Origin: Candidatus Latescibacterota bacterium
GTDB taxonomy: Bacteria; Latescibacterota; UBA2968; UBA8231
Length of the DNA stretch: 64,000 nt
Assembly (NCBI GenBank): GCA_965261395.1
Contig: OZ253462.1
Span: forward strand, 3,776,001 to 3,840,000
Direction: 5' to 3'
In this document: positions 9,336 through 19,453 of the stretch, piece by piece
Position numbering within the stretch: the first letter of the stretch is position 1
How the letters are laid out: each line of letters starts with the position of its first letter
Program-made: the position numbers and the translations under genes
Notes under the pieces: model-generated
Databases searched by the model: none
Told to the model about the DNA's origin: nothing
The model's input: the letters and a program-made list of their open reading frames with translations, nothing else

Positions 9336-10715
9336 TTAGGTTTTGCGCGGGCGAATGTGGGGGCCTTGGGGGGTGTCTTCGATTTCGTAGCCGGCCGCGG
9401 CGATTTCGTCGCGCAGGGCGTCGGCCGTGGCCCAGTCCTTGGCAGTGCGGGCCTGTTGCCGCTGTTCGGCGAGCGCCTCGATTGCGGCGGGAACCTCCTC
9501 TGTGGGAGGCGTCCACGTAGCCAGCCCTAAGCCCATGACTTGGTCGAAGTGCAGGAGCGTGGCTTTCTTGGCGGCGGCTGGCAGATCGTCGGCCACCAGT
9601 TCCCAGCACAGGGCGAGGACGCGCGGCATGTTGAGGTCGTCCTCGACGCGCTCTTTGAACTCGGCCACGTAGCGGGCATCGAGTTCAGACGGCGCACCCC
9701 AAGCGTGGGCGGCGGCGCGCAGCCGGTCGAAGGCCGTAGCCGCGCCGCTGAGACTTTCCCAAGTGAAGGAGAGCTTGGCTCGGTAGCGCGCCCCGAGGCA
9801 GAAAAAGCGGTAGGCGAGCGGGTCGTACCCCTTTTCGACGAGGGATTCGAGGCGCAGGAAGTCGCCGCTCGACTTGGACATCTTCTCCCCGTCGAGCTGC
9901 AAGAACGCGCCGTGGAGCCAGAATTCGGCCAGCCGCGTGTCGTAGCAGGCTTGGGCTTGGGCGATCTCGTTGGTGTGGTGGACCGGGACGTGATCCTCGC
10001 CGCCGCAGTGGATGTCGAAGTACGGCCCCAAGTACTTGGCCGCCATGGCCGTGCATTCGATGTGCCAGCCGGGGAAGCCGCGCCCCCACGGGCTGTCCCA
10101 TTCCATCTGCCGCTGTGCCTCTGCCGGGCTTAACTTCCACAGCGCGAAGTCCGTGAGGCGGCGCTTCTGCCCGAGATCGACGCGCTGGCCGCCTTGCAGG
10201 CCTTTGATGTCGAGGCGGGCGAGGTGGCCGTAGTCGTTCAGGCGCGAGGTGTCGAAGTACAGGCCGTCGTCCGTGCGGTACGCATAGCCTTTTTCCTCAA
10301 TGGCGGCGATAGCCGCAATCTGCTCGCGGATGTGGTCGGTGGCCCGGCACCAGACGTGGGGCGCGCGCACGTTGAGCCACTCGAGCTTTTCTTGGAAGTC
10401 TGCGGTGTAGCGCTCGGCGATTTCCCACGCCGTCAGGCCGGTGCGCCGCGCGCCGGCCTCCATCTTGTCCTCGCCGGTGTCCGCGTCAGAGGTCAGGTGT
10501 CCCACGTCGGTGATGTTGACGACGTGATGGACTTCATAGCCGCTGTATTCGAGGGCACGCCGCAGGATGTCTTCGAAGATATAGGTGCGCAAGTTGCCGA
10601 TGTGCTGGTAGTTGTACACGGTCGGGCCGCAGGCGTACAGGCGGACTTGGGGCGGTGCGAGCGGTGTAAAGGGGCGCTCTTGGCGGGCATAGGTATCAAA
10701 AAGATGCAGGGTCAT
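9336..10715 (-). CDS. cysS: Cysteine--tRNA ligase
   Basis: CGPTVY, HIGN, PGWHIEC, KMSKS. Confidence 0.97.
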   Translation of the reverse strand: MTLHLFDTYARQERPFTPLAPPQVRLYACGPTVYNYQHIGNLRTYIFEDILRRALEYSGYEVHHVVNITDVGHLTSDADTGEDKMEAGARRTGLTAWEIAERYTADFQEKLEWLNVRAPHVWCRATDHIREQIAAIAAIEEKGYAYRTDDGLYFDTSRLNDYGHLARLDIKGLQGGQRVDLGQKRRLTDFALWKLSPAEAQRQMEWDSPWGRGFPGWHIECTAMAAKYLGPYFDIHCGGEDHVPVHHTNEIAQAQACYDTRLAEFWLHGAFLQLDGEKMSKSSGDFLRLESLVEKGYDPLAYRFFCLGARYRAKLSFTWESLSGAATAFDRLRAAAHAWGAPSELDARYVAEFKERVEDDLNMPRVLALCWELVADDLPAAAKKATLLHFDQVMGLGLATWTPPTEEVPAAIEALAEQRQQARTAKDWATADALRDEIAAAGYEIEDTPQGPHIRPRKT

Positions 10716-10769
10716 AAGTCTATTAAAGAGGGGTTAGTGGCGAGATGTGGCAATGAAGAAAGAGCCAGT

Positions 10770-11777
10770 CTATAGCTCGGCGATGGATACTTCGCGGCCC
10801 TCCATTGCGCTTTTGACGGCCGCAAAAACCATGGCCATGGACTTGAGGTTGTCGGCTGCGTTGCACTCGGGCTGGCGGCTCTCGGCCACCGCAGCGATGA
10901 ACTCGCTCAGAACGGGATTTTGCCCTTCGGTATCCGTTTGGTCGAGCGAGATCTGCCGCCTGATTTTGGGATCGGCGCGGTGCGAGTGGGTGTGGTAGAG
11001 GTCCATGCCCTCCCACGTTAGGGTGCCGCGCGGCCCCTCGTAACGCCACTCGCCGTTGTGCCCGGCCGGTACGTGCCCGACGGTGCAGCCGATGCCGCGA
11101 TGGGTGGCCACTGTGCCGTCGGCAAAGCGGAAGAGGATTATCTGGGCGGCGTCGCCTTGGTGCCAACCCCAGGGGAGGTTCCAGGTGAGGGCGTGCGCGC
11201 TGACGGGGTCTTGGCCGAGGGTGTAGCGCATCATGTCGAAGTGGTGGATGCCCATGTCGGTGAGGAACATGTACGGCTCGGTGACGTAATGAGATCCGGG
11301 TGAGTCAGCCCAATTGACGTAGAGCGAAACATCGAGCTGGCCGACCGGGCCGATGAGGTCTTCGGTGAGCAGGCGGCGAGTCGTGCGCGGCAGGCCGTTG
11401 AATCGGTAGTTCTGGGTGATCATGTGCGCGACGCTGGCTCGGGTGCCGGCCTTCACCACGCGCTGGGCAGCCTCGTACTGATCGCTGAGGGGCTTTTCCC
11501 CGAGCAAGTGTAGGCCCGCGGCAAAAGTCTGCATGGCGATTTCTTCGTGGGTGGCTGGCGGCGTCACGTCGAGGACGAAGTCGGCTTGCACAGCGTCGAG
11601 GGCTTGGCCGAGGTTGTCGTGTATCCGGTCAGTGGCGAAGCCGAGGTCGTCTATAGCGCGCTGGCGGTTTTGCGCGAAGGGTTCGACGCAGGCGACCACA
11701 TCGACGCTCGGTTGCTTCTGGCATTGGCCGAGCCAATAGCGGCCCCTGCCGCCCAACCCTACAAGTATGGCTTTCAT
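10770..11777 (-). CDS. Gfo/Idh/MocA oxidoreductase
   Basis: VGLGGRG, EKP, DMGIHHFD. Confidence 0.92.
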   Translation of the reverse strand: MKAILVGLGGRGRYWLGQCQKQPSVDVVACVEPFAQNRQRAIDDLGFATDRIHDNLGQALDAVQADFVLDVTPPATHEEIAMQTFAAGLHLLGEKPLSDQYEAAQRVVKAGTRASVAHMITQNYRFNGLPRTTRRLLTEDLIGPVGQLDVSLYVNWADSPGSHYVTEPYMFLTDMGIHHFDMMRYTLGQDPVSAHALTWNLPWGWHQGDAAQIILFRFADGTVATHRGIGCTVGHVPAGHNGEWRYEGPRGTLTWEGMDLYHTHSHRADPKIRRQISLDQTDTEGQNPVLSEFIAAVAESRQPECNAADNLKSMAMVFAAVKSAMEGREVSIAEL

Positions 11778-11942
11778 CGGAGTCCTTTCTCTATTTTTGT
11801 CTAAAATAAAGGGCTTGGCCTGCGGCCGGGCCAGTCGGCAGAAAAAATTGACACAGTTTCAGCGCAGGGCTACCTTTGGACGCTTTCAACGCGCAATGCC
11901 ATAGCGCACCGCTCGTCCCCTTGCCGCTGAGGTACGCTTCTT

Positions 11943-13109
11943 TTGGCTATACTGCATAAGGCGTCCACGCGCCTCGTCCTCGCGATTCTCGCGTGGTGCT
12001 TGAGTTGGAGCTGCGCCCGGGAAAACACCGAGGAGCTAGCGCCCGGGGTGGTGTACCACGAGATCCACCTGCCCGAGGGGCCGTGGCGGATACACGTGGT
12101 GGAAGTGGATCTGCCGCGCGCTTGGGCGGCGGGTATCCGCGTACGCACGGCCAAGCAGAAAGAGGCGCAAAAGACCAGTAGCTTGGCCGCCGGCGCTTTA
12201 GCGGCCATAAACGGGGACTTCTTATTTCCCGGTGAGTCCAGCCAGCCAGCCGGGTTGTACATCGAGTCCGGCAATCTCATCCGCATCCCACAGCGACGCT
12301 CGGCCTTTGCCATTACCGAGGCGGGCCAGCCCTTGATTGCAGTATACAAGATGGAATGGGGCCTGTTGACGGCTGAGGGCGAGCACCTGCTCGTCGCGGG
12401 CTTTAACCGCGAGCCAGCGCTAGGGGAACTGTCCGTATTCAATAATCGCGCGCAGGGGCAAGGAGATTCGCTACAAGCAGCCACGGGCTTTTTGTTGCAA
12501 GGGCTGGGCAACACCTCCATTGCCAACGACACGATTTCCTTTCGGGTTCAACAAATCCGGCGGGAGGCTTGGCCGCTGTCTCTCCAGCGCGACCAATGGC
12601 TGTTGGCCGCTGGCGCTGAATACGAGGCGACGGAACAGATCGCCTTGGGCGACACGGTGCAGCTGTATTGTCGGCTGGCACCTGCCCACGCCAAGCTAAT
12701 GGAGGCCATCAGTGGCGGCCCGCGCATCCTGCGCAACGGCGCAGTATCCATTGAAGTAGAAAATGAACGGCTCAGCCGCAGCTTTGCCGACAAGCGACAC
12801 CCGCGCACGGCTATTGGGTATTCCCAAAACGCGCAGGTGCTCTTTCTGATTGTGGTTGATGGGCGGCAGCCAGGATACAGCGTTGGCATGAGCTTACAGG
12901 AAATGGCCGAATTTATGCGCACGCGCTTGGCCGAATTTTCCCGCGCCAAGGTCAACGCCTATCAGGGGTTAAACCTCGACGGCGGCGGCTCGACGACGAT
13001 GGTCGTAAGCGAGCAGGTGGTCAACAAGCCCTCCGATCCCACGGGCGAGCGGCCGGTGGCCAACGCCCTGTTGGTCGTGGCGGACACTTGGGACGAGGAG
13101 CGGCCCTAG
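11943..13109 (+). CDS. Secreted phosphodiester glycosidase (NAGPA-like) family protein
   Basis: AAINGDF, HPRTAIG, VDGRQ, NLDGGGST; N-terminal signal/lipobox; start uncertain. Confidence 0.88.
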   Translation: MAILHKASTRLVLAILAWCLSWSCARENTEELAPGVVYHEIHLPEGPWRIHVVEVDLPRAWAAGIRVRTAKQKEAQKTSSLAAGALAAINGDFLFPGESSQPAGLYIESGNLIRIPQRRSAFAITEAGQPLIAVYKMEWGLLTAEGEHLLVAGFNREPALGELSVFNNRAQGQGDSLQAATGFLLQGLGNTSIANDTISFRVQQIRREAWPLSLQRDQWLLAAGAEYEATEQIALGDTVQLYCRLAPAHAKLMEAISGGPRILRNGAVSIEVENERLSRSFADKRHPRTAIGYSQNAQVLFLIVVDGRQPGYSVGMSLQEMAEFMRTRLAEFSRAKVNAYQGLNLDGGGSTTMVVSEQVVNKPSDPTGERPVANALLVVADTWDEERP

Positions 13110-14173
13110 TGCCGACCTTGCGCGCCGAAGACCTCGATGGGCTGGCAAGGGCTTGCTTGCGACAGGTCGGCGTTCCCCCGGCTGATGCCGCGTTGGTGGC
13201 CGAGCACTTGGTCGAAGCCGGGCTGATGGGGCACGATACCCACAGCGTGTTGCGGCTGCCCCAATACGTGAACATGGTGCGCGACGGCCAAGTCGAGCCT
13301 GGAGCCGCATTGGTGGTGTTGGACGAAAGCGAGTGCGGCGGGCGGCTGAGCGGCCAGTGGAATTACGGCCCGGTGACCGCGACCGAGGCCGTGCGCTGGG
13401 CGCTGGATAAGCTCGACGGCGGGGCCGTGGCGGTCGTCGGAGTGCGCGACTGCAACCACGTGGCGCGGCTGGGGCGTTTCGCCGAAATCGCTACCCGCGC
13501 CGATTGCATCGCCCTGATCGCAGCCAATGGCCACGGCGGCGATTGGTCGGTGGCTCCCTTTGGCGGTCGCAGCCGTCGCCTGCCGACGAATCCAATTTGC
13601 TGCGGCATTCCCACCGGCGGCGATTGGCCCGTGATCCTAGACATGACGACGAGCATGATTTCTGGCGGGGATATGCGGCTTTTGCGCAACAGGGGTGAGG
13701 ACGCTCCACCCGGAATGCTAATCGACGCAGAGGGCCGCCCGACGACGAGCGTGGACGCGTACTACGGCCCGCCAACTGGCGCCATGTTGCCGCTCGGTTT
13801 TCCGCAGAGCGGGCACAAGGGCTATGGGCTTTCCGTGCTCGTCGATATTTTGGCCGGGTCGCTTTCCGGAGTTGGGATGACGCAAGAAGCGCCCGCGCGC
13901 ACCGGTAACGCGCTTTTCATTGCCGTGCTCAAGGTCGCGGCTTTCCTGCCGTTGGACGAGTTTTACGCCGAGGTCGCGGGCTTTGTCGAGTGGGTCAAGT
14001 CGTGCCCGCCAGCCCCTGGAGTGGCCGAGGTGTTGCTGCCCGGGGAGCGGGCGCACCAGCGGTTGCAGGCGCGCCGGCGCGATGGGTTGTACGTAGATGA
14101 GACGGCTTGGACCGAGATAGGGGCTTTGGCGACCGGTTTGGGAGTGGAGCTGCCCATGCCGGTGGCCGCTTAA
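13109..14173 (+). CDS. Ldh_2 family (type 2 malate/L-lactate/sulfolactate) dehydrogenase
   Basis: GHDTHSV, PFGG..TNP, LDMTTS, GHKGYGL, LPGE. Confidence 0.9.
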   Translation: MPTLRAEDLDGLARACLRQVGVPPADAALVAEHLVEAGLMGHDTHSVLRLPQYVNMVRDGQVEPGAALVVLDESECGGRLSGQWNYGPVTATEAVRWALDKLDGGAVAVVGVRDCNHVARLGRFAEIATRADCIALIAANGHGGDWSVAPFGGRSRRLPTNPICCGIPTGGDWPVILDMTTSMISGGDMRLLRNRGEDAPPGMLIDAEGRPTTSVDAYYGPPTGAMLPLGFPQSGHKGYGLSVLVDILAGSLSGVGMTQEAPARTGNALFIAVLKVAAFLPLDEFYAEVAGFVEWVKSCPPAPGVAEVLLPGERAHQRLQARRRDGLYVDETAWTEIGALATGLGVELPMPVAA

Positions 14174-14193
14174 AAATTAACAAGGAGTTTGCG

Positions 14194-15189
14194 ATGCTTC
14201 ACATTGGTATTGTCGGCATGGGTGGAATTGGCAACAACCATGCCCGCTGCTACGCTGCAAACGAAAACGCAAAGATCGTCGCCGTGTGCGATATGGTTAA
14301 AGAGCAAGCGGATAAAGCGGCCGAGTCCTACGGGGCGCAGGCCTTTTATTCGGTCGAGGAAATGGTCGCTAGCGGCCTGCGGCTCGACGCCTGTTCGGTG
14401 ACTACGGCTGGGGTGGAGAACGGGGGCGATCACTACGAGCCGACGATGGCGCTTTTACGGGCTGGCATTCCGGTGCTGGGCGAGAAGCCGATTTCCAATG
14501 AAATTCCCAAGGCGCGGGAGATGGTGGCCTTGGCCGAAGAAAAGCAATTGCCCTACGGGATCAACCTGAACCACCGCTTCACGCCCGCAGCCGCCAAGGC
14601 CAAGGAATGGCTGATCAATGGGCGGCTCGGCGAGCTACAGATAGTCAACATGACGATGTGGATCAACAATCCCAACGAGTCGAGCCCGTGGTTCCACATT
14701 CGCGCCCTGCATCCGCACTCGCTGGACGTGATGAGCTATTTCGCCGGAGGGGTGGATCGGGCACAGGCCTTTTTCAAGAAAGGCAAAGGGCGGCAGATCT
14801 GGTCCAATGTGCAGGCGAACCTGCTGTACGAGAATGGCGTCATCGGGCATTTGACCGGGTCGTACGACGCCGGGGGGAGCTACGGCTTGGAGACCTTGGA
14901 ATTAGTTGGTTCGGAGGGACGGATCATCATCAATGAAGCCTGCGAGAAGCTGACGTTTTACCCGCGCTTTTCGCGGGAAGTGGAAAGCTACGATCACCTC
15001 GGAGGCATGGGTGGCTTTGGGGATACCTTTCCGGCGCGCATCAACGCTTGGATCGACGACTTGCGCAACCAAGTCCCGCCTTCGCAGGTGGATGCCAAAG
15101 GAGCGGACGCCCTGCGGGTCCAGCTCGTAATTGAGTCGCTCATCGAAAGCTGGGAAACCGGGCAGGTGGTGAAGGTGCCGCAGCGGTAA
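14194..15189 (+). CDS. Gfo/Idh/MocA oxidoreductase
   Basis: IVGMGGIG, EKP, NHRF; AAGGAG RBS upstream. Confidence 0.9.
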   Translation: MLHIGIVGMGGIGNNHARCYAANENAKIVAVCDMVKEQADKAAESYGAQAFYSVEEMVASGLRLDACSVTTAGVENGGDHYEPTMALLRAGIPVLGEKPISNEIPKAREMVALAEEKQLPYGINLNHRFTPAAAKAKEWLINGRLGELQIVNMTMWINNPNESSPWFHIRALHPHSLDVMSYFAGGVDRAQAFFKKGKGRQIWSNVQANLLYENGVIGHLTGSYDAGGSYGLETLELVGSEGRIIINEACEKLTFYPRFSREVESYDHLGGMGGFGDTFPARINAWIDDLRNQVPPSQVDAKGADALRVQLVIESLIESWETGQVVKVPQR

Positions 15190-15247
15190 GCGCAAATGGC
15201 GGCTAAGGGGGTAGTTTATTATACTCAGGTCTGAGGAGATACTGAGG

Positions 15248-15952
15248 ATGAAGCACGCCAAGCAAAAGTCCGAACTCGGCCAATACCTGTATTCTATACT
15301 GACCGTCGTGGGTTTGTTTCTGGTTATTCGCACCAGTGTGGTGCAGGCCTTTTACATCCCTTCCAGTTCAATGGAAGATACGCTCTTGGTGGGCGATTAT
15401 CTGCTGGCCAACAAGTTTGTCTACGGCGTTCCGGTTGATGTGCCCCTGACGAGCATTTCCCTCTTCCGCCTGCCCACGCTCAGGGAACCGCAGCCGGGCG
15501 ACATCGTCATTTTCCGCTCTCTGCAGGACGAGGGGCGCGACTTGATCAAGCGCTGCGTCGCCGTCGGGGGACAGCAAGTGGAGATTGTCAACAAGGTGCT
15601 CTACGTCGATGGCGAGCCGGTGCAAGACCCGCCGTTGTCCAAGCACACCGACCGCACGTACTATCCGCGGGAGCTCAATCCCCGCGATAATTTCGGTCCA
15701 TATATCGTGCCCGAAGATCATTTCTTTATGATGGGCGACAACCGCGACAACAGCCACGACAGCCGTTACTTTCGCGCTGTGCCCAAGCGGTTGATCAAGG
15801 GCAAGGCCATGATCATCTATTGGTCGTGGGAGCCCGACACCCGCGGTCCGTACTACAGTGACTTGAGTTCGCTGCCCGCGGTGGTGGCCAGCTTTATTTG
15901 GCGCCTGCCTAGCCGAGTGCGCTACGGGCGACTCGGCGACGTTATTTACTAG
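15248..15952 (+). CDS. lepB: Signal peptidase I
   Basis: IPSSSMEDTL, LIKR, MGDNRDNSHDSR. Confidence 0.96.
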   Translation: MKHAKQKSELGQYLYSILTVVGLFLVIRTSVVQAFYIPSSSMEDTLLVGDYLLANKFVYGVPVDVPLTSISLFRLPTLREPQPGDIVIFRSLQDEGRDLIKRCVAVGGQQVEIVNKVLYVDGEPVQDPPLSKHTDRTYYPRELNPRDNFGPYIVPEDHFFMMGDNRDNSHDSRYFRAVPKRLIKGKAMIIYWSWEPDTRGPYYSDLSSLPAVVASFIWRLPSRVRYGRLGDVIY

Positions 15953-16014
15953 TACTTCTTCCCTTGCTGTCACGCCTAAAGGCGCGGTGAAGCGGCGAGG
16001 GAACGGATTGAAAC

Positions 16015-17709
16015 ATGAACCGCAGAGAATCACACGAATACGACCAGGACCAAGAGCCGGAAGAGCAGGCCGCCGAGCCATTGCGCTTGGTCGATCAGCT
16101 ACTCGCGCTAGCTCCAGACCGCGATCCGGCTCGGCCCCTGCTGTACCGCCTCCGGCGTCAGCTCATGGAGCGGGAGATTTCCTTTCAGGAGGCGCGTCGT
16201 GCCCTCGTGGAGATGGAAGCTGCCCTAGAGAAGGTGACGGCACCGGCCAACCGCGTCGGCATCTTTCTCGGCATGCCGAGCGAGGGGATTGCCACGGTCT
16301 TCGTCGGCAGCGCCGAGTACTATGCCAATATCGACCCGCGCGTCGATGCAGCTCAGCTCAAGGTCGGCTGTCGGGTGCTGGTAAACGAAGCCTACGCGGT
16401 CGTCGGCAATTTGGGGCACAGCCCCTCTGGGCCGGTGGCCAAGGTCGGCGATCTGCTCCCAGAGGGTCGGTTGCGGATCACCCAAGCGCACGGCACCCAA
16501 GAGGTGGTCGTGGAGCGCGCCGCGGAATTGGCTGACGAGGATTTGCAAATCGGCGACGAGGTGCGGATGGACCCGGCCTACAAGGTCGCGCTGGAAGTGT
16601 TGCAGTCCGCCGAGAGCAAGGAGTACTTCATCGAAGACGTCCTCCCGACTCCCTGGGAGAGCATCGGCGGCCAAGCCGAAGCAATCGAGGCCATCCGCGA
16701 CACCATTGAACTGCCCGCGTTGCACCCCCAGCTCTTCGAGCGCTTCGAGTACTCGACGCCCAAGGGCTTTCTGCTCTACGGCCCTCCGGGCTGCGGCAAG
16801 ACCCTCATCGGCAGGGCCACGGCGTACAACTTGGTGCAGCACATGCGCGAGGTCGAGGGATTGGAGCTGGAAGAGTACTTCATGCACATCAAGGGGCCGG
16901 AGATCCTCAACATGTGGCTCGGTGAGACCGAGCGCATGGTGCGCGAGGTCTTTGCCCAAGCGCGCCAAAAGCGCAAGGAAGGCTATTTGCCCTTTGTCTT
17001 TATCGACGAAGCCGAGTCGATCTTGGGCACTCGGCGCTCGATGCGCAGCCACAACATCTCCAACACGGTCGTGCCGATGTTTTGCACTGAGATGGACGGC
17101 ATTGAGTCGCTGCACGATGTGGTGCTGATTTTGGCCTCCAACCGCCACGATCTGATTGATCCGGCCGTGCTCCGACCCGGCCGCATCGACCGCAAGATCA
17201 AGGTCGCGCGCCCCAACTACGAGGCGGCCGGCGACATTTTGGGGATTTACCTCAAGCCCGAGCTACCGCTCGACTGCGCCGAGGTGGAGCAGCACGGCGG
17301 CGCAGCGGCGGCGCGCGAGGCCCTGATACAGGAGGGTCTAGACGAGTTGTTTTCCAAAGGCGAAGAGGCCCGCTTCTTGGAGGTGTCGTTGCGCAGTGGC
17401 CGCCAAGAAGTGCTCTATCGCGGCGACCTGATTTCCGGGGCCATCATCGCCTCGGTCGTATCGCGGGCCAAGGAAATGGCGATCAAGCGCGCCATAGCCG
17501 AGGGCGACCCCGAAGGCGGGATCCGCGCCGAGGATCTGCGGCAGGCGACGCGGGCTGAATACCGCGAGAACGAGGTGTTCCCACCCTCGGACAGCGTCGA
17601 GGACTGGCTCAAGCTGCTCGACTACGAGCCGGAGAACGTGGTGAGGGTGATACCCGTTAGACCTCAGCCGGAAAAGGCAGCGGAAAAGCGCGTCGGTCAG
17701 GTGATCTGA
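16015..17709 (+). CDS. arc: Proteasome-associated AAA ATPase (ARC/Mpa)
   Basis: N-terminal coiled coil, OB region, GPPGCGKT, IKGPEILN, FIDEAES, RPGRIDRKI; first gene of the proteasome operon. Confidence 0.95.
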   Translation: MNRRESHEYDQDQEPEEQAAEPLRLVDQLLALAPDRDPARPLLYRLRRQLMEREISFQEARRALVEMEAALEKVTAPANRVGIFLGMPSEGIATVFVGSAEYYANIDPRVDAAQLKVGCRVLVNEAYAVVGNLGHSPSGPVAKVGDLLPEGRLRITQAHGTQEVVVERAAELADEDLQIGDEVRMDPAYKVALEVLQSAESKEYFIEDVLPTPWESIGGQAEAIEAIRDTIELPALHPQLFERFEYSTPKGFLLYGPPGCGKTLIGRATAYNLVQHMREVEGLELEEYFMHIKGPEILNMWLGETERMVREVFAQARQKRKEGYLPFVFIDEAESILGTRRSMRSHNISNTVVPMFCTEMDGIESLHDVVLILASNRHDLIDPAVLRPGRIDRKIKVARPNYEAAGDILGIYLKPELPLDCAEVEQHGGAAAAREALIQEGLDELFSKGEEARFLEVSLRSGRQEVLYRGDLISGAIIASVVSRAKEMAIKRAIAEGDPEGGIRAEDLRQATRAEYRENEVFPPSDSVEDWLKLLDYEPENVVRVIPVRPQPEKAAEKRVGQVI

Positions 17710-17717
17710 CTCAGCTC

Positions 17718-19262
17718 ATGCAGCGGCTCTGCGGGCTAGAAACCGAATACGGCATCCAAGTTGGTGAGGGCGAGTCCATAGACGTGGTGGTAGAATCCAT
17801 GGAGTTGATCCGCTGCTATGTGCGCCAGGATTTTGTCGCCCTCTGGAATTACGCGCTCGAAAACCCGCGGCTCGACATGCGCGGCTTTGAGGTCGCCGAG
17901 CTTCGCAACGACAAGGACGAGACCGTCCACTTGCAGAAGGATCGCCAGCGCCCGATCCAGCTAGCGGACCTCAAAAGCGACTTGATCGTCCACAACGGTG
18001 CCCGCCTCTACAACGACCACACCCACCCGGAATTTTCTACTCCCGAATGCTATAGCCTCCGCGACTTAGTAGCTGTCGATCGCGCCGGGGAGCGGATTCT
18101 TCTCCAATGCGCGCGCCAGCGCACCGAGGATCGCGGCCGGGGCGTGGTGCGCTTGTACAAAAACAACACCGACTTCGAGGGGCACAGCTATGGCTGCCAC
18201 GAGAACTTCCTGCTCAGCCGCGACATGCCCTTCCAGCAGGTGATCAACGGGCTGCTGCCCTTTGTGGTGACGCGGCAAATTTTTGCCGGGGCCGGCAAGG
18301 TCGGCATTGAACAGGACACCCGGGCGCGGGCCGCCATCTATCAGCTAACCCAGCGCGCGGACTTTTTCGAAGTCATCGCCAGCGTCGATACCATGCACCG
18401 CCGCCCGCTGGTCAATACCCGCGACGAGCCGCACGCCGATCCAGCGCTCTACCGCCGCCTGCATCTGATCATCGGTGACGCCAACATGTGCGAATACGCC
18501 ACCGCGCTCAAGGTCGGCACGGCTTCCTTGGTGCTGGACCTGCTAGAGGCCGGCGCGTTGCCCGCGTTTGCCTTGGCCGATCCCATTGGCGCGCTCAAAG
18601 CCATTTCCCGCGACGAGTCCCGGCAGTGGCCGGTGGCCTTGTCCGGAGGAGATTCGAGCTCGGCGCTGGAGATCCAGACGGCCATTATGGCGGCGGCGGC
18701 GCGGATTTTTCAAGGCCGCGACGCGGAGACCGATTGGGTGCTCGCGGCTTGGCGCGACGTGTTGGAATCCCTCGCGCGCGACCCGCAAGAGCTGATTGGA
18801 CGCCTCGATTGGGTGACCAAAAAGTGGCTTTTGGATGCGTTTGCCGAGTCCGAGGGGCTCGATTGGGAACGACCGGAGGACCGCGCTTGGCTGCAAAGCC
18901 AAGATCTCGAATACCACAACATCGACCCGGCTGAGGGGCTATACTCGACGCTCGAAGCCGCCGGCCAAGTAGAGCGCATTGTCTCCGAGGAGGCGGTGGG
19001 CCGGGCGTTGGTCGATCCGCCCGGGGACACGCGGGCCTATTTCCGCGGCAAGATGTTGCAGAAATTTGCCGCCGCGGTGCGCTCGCTCAACTGGGACAGC
19101 ATTGAGCTGGAACTCGACGGCCGCTGCGAGGTCATTGACCTCAAGGCTTGTGTCAGCCGGGAGACAGCGGCTTATTATAATCAAGCCCTAGACGCGGCTT
19201 TGAGCATCGAGGATTTGCTCGCCAGATTGGGTAGAAACCCGAAACCGGAGGTATCACCATGA
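17718..19262 (+). CDS. dop: Dop-like deamidase/deconjugase (PafA2 family)
   Basis: GLETEYG, NGARLYNDHTHPEFSTPEC (Dop-type), SYGCHEN, NTRDEPHAD. Confidence 0.9.
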   Translation: MQRLCGLETEYGIQVGEGESIDVVVESMELIRCYVRQDFVALWNYALENPRLDMRGFEVAELRNDKDETVHLQKDRQRPIQLADLKSDLIVHNGARLYNDHTHPEFSTPECYSLRDLVAVDRAGERILLQCARQRTEDRGRGVVRLYKNNTDFEGHSYGCHENFLLSRDMPFQQVINGLLPFVVTRQIFAGAGKVGIEQDTRARAAIYQLTQRADFFEVIASVDTMHRRPLVNTRDEPHADPALYRRLHLIIGDANMCEYATALKVGTASLVLDLLEAGALPAFALADPIGALKAISRDESRQWPVALSGGDSSSALEIQTAIMAAAARIFQGRDAETDWVLAAWRDVLESLARDPQELIGRLDWVTKKWLLDAFAESEGLDWERPEDRAWLQSQDLEYHNIDPAEGLYSTLEAAGQVERIVSEEAVGRALVDPPGDTRAYFRGKMLQKFAAAVRSLNWDSIELELDGRCEVIDLKACVSRETAAYYNQALDAALSIEDLLARLGRNPKPEVSP

Positions 19263-19447
19263 GCGATTTTATCCACTACCGGGAGCGCGTCCCTCGGCCG
19301 ACCAAGCCGATCGACGATGGCGAGGAGCCGGATACCGGTCCGCGCCGGCCGAGAGTCGAGCGCCCCAGCACGGACGACATTCTCAAGCGGATGCGCCGAG
19401 TAGATCCGAATCAGGCCCGTCGCTACCGCCAGCGCACCGGACAGTAG
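19259..19447 (+). CDS. ubact: UBact prokaryotic ubiquitin-like modifier (62 aa)
   Basis: Disordered-looking small protein ending LKRMRRVDPNQARRYRQRTGQ, between dop and prcB; GGAGG RBS. Confidence 0.9.
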   Translation: MSDFIHYRERVPRPTKPIDDGEEPDTGPRRPRVERPSTDDILKRMRRVDPNQARRYRQRTGQ

Positions 19448-19453
19448 CCGCCG

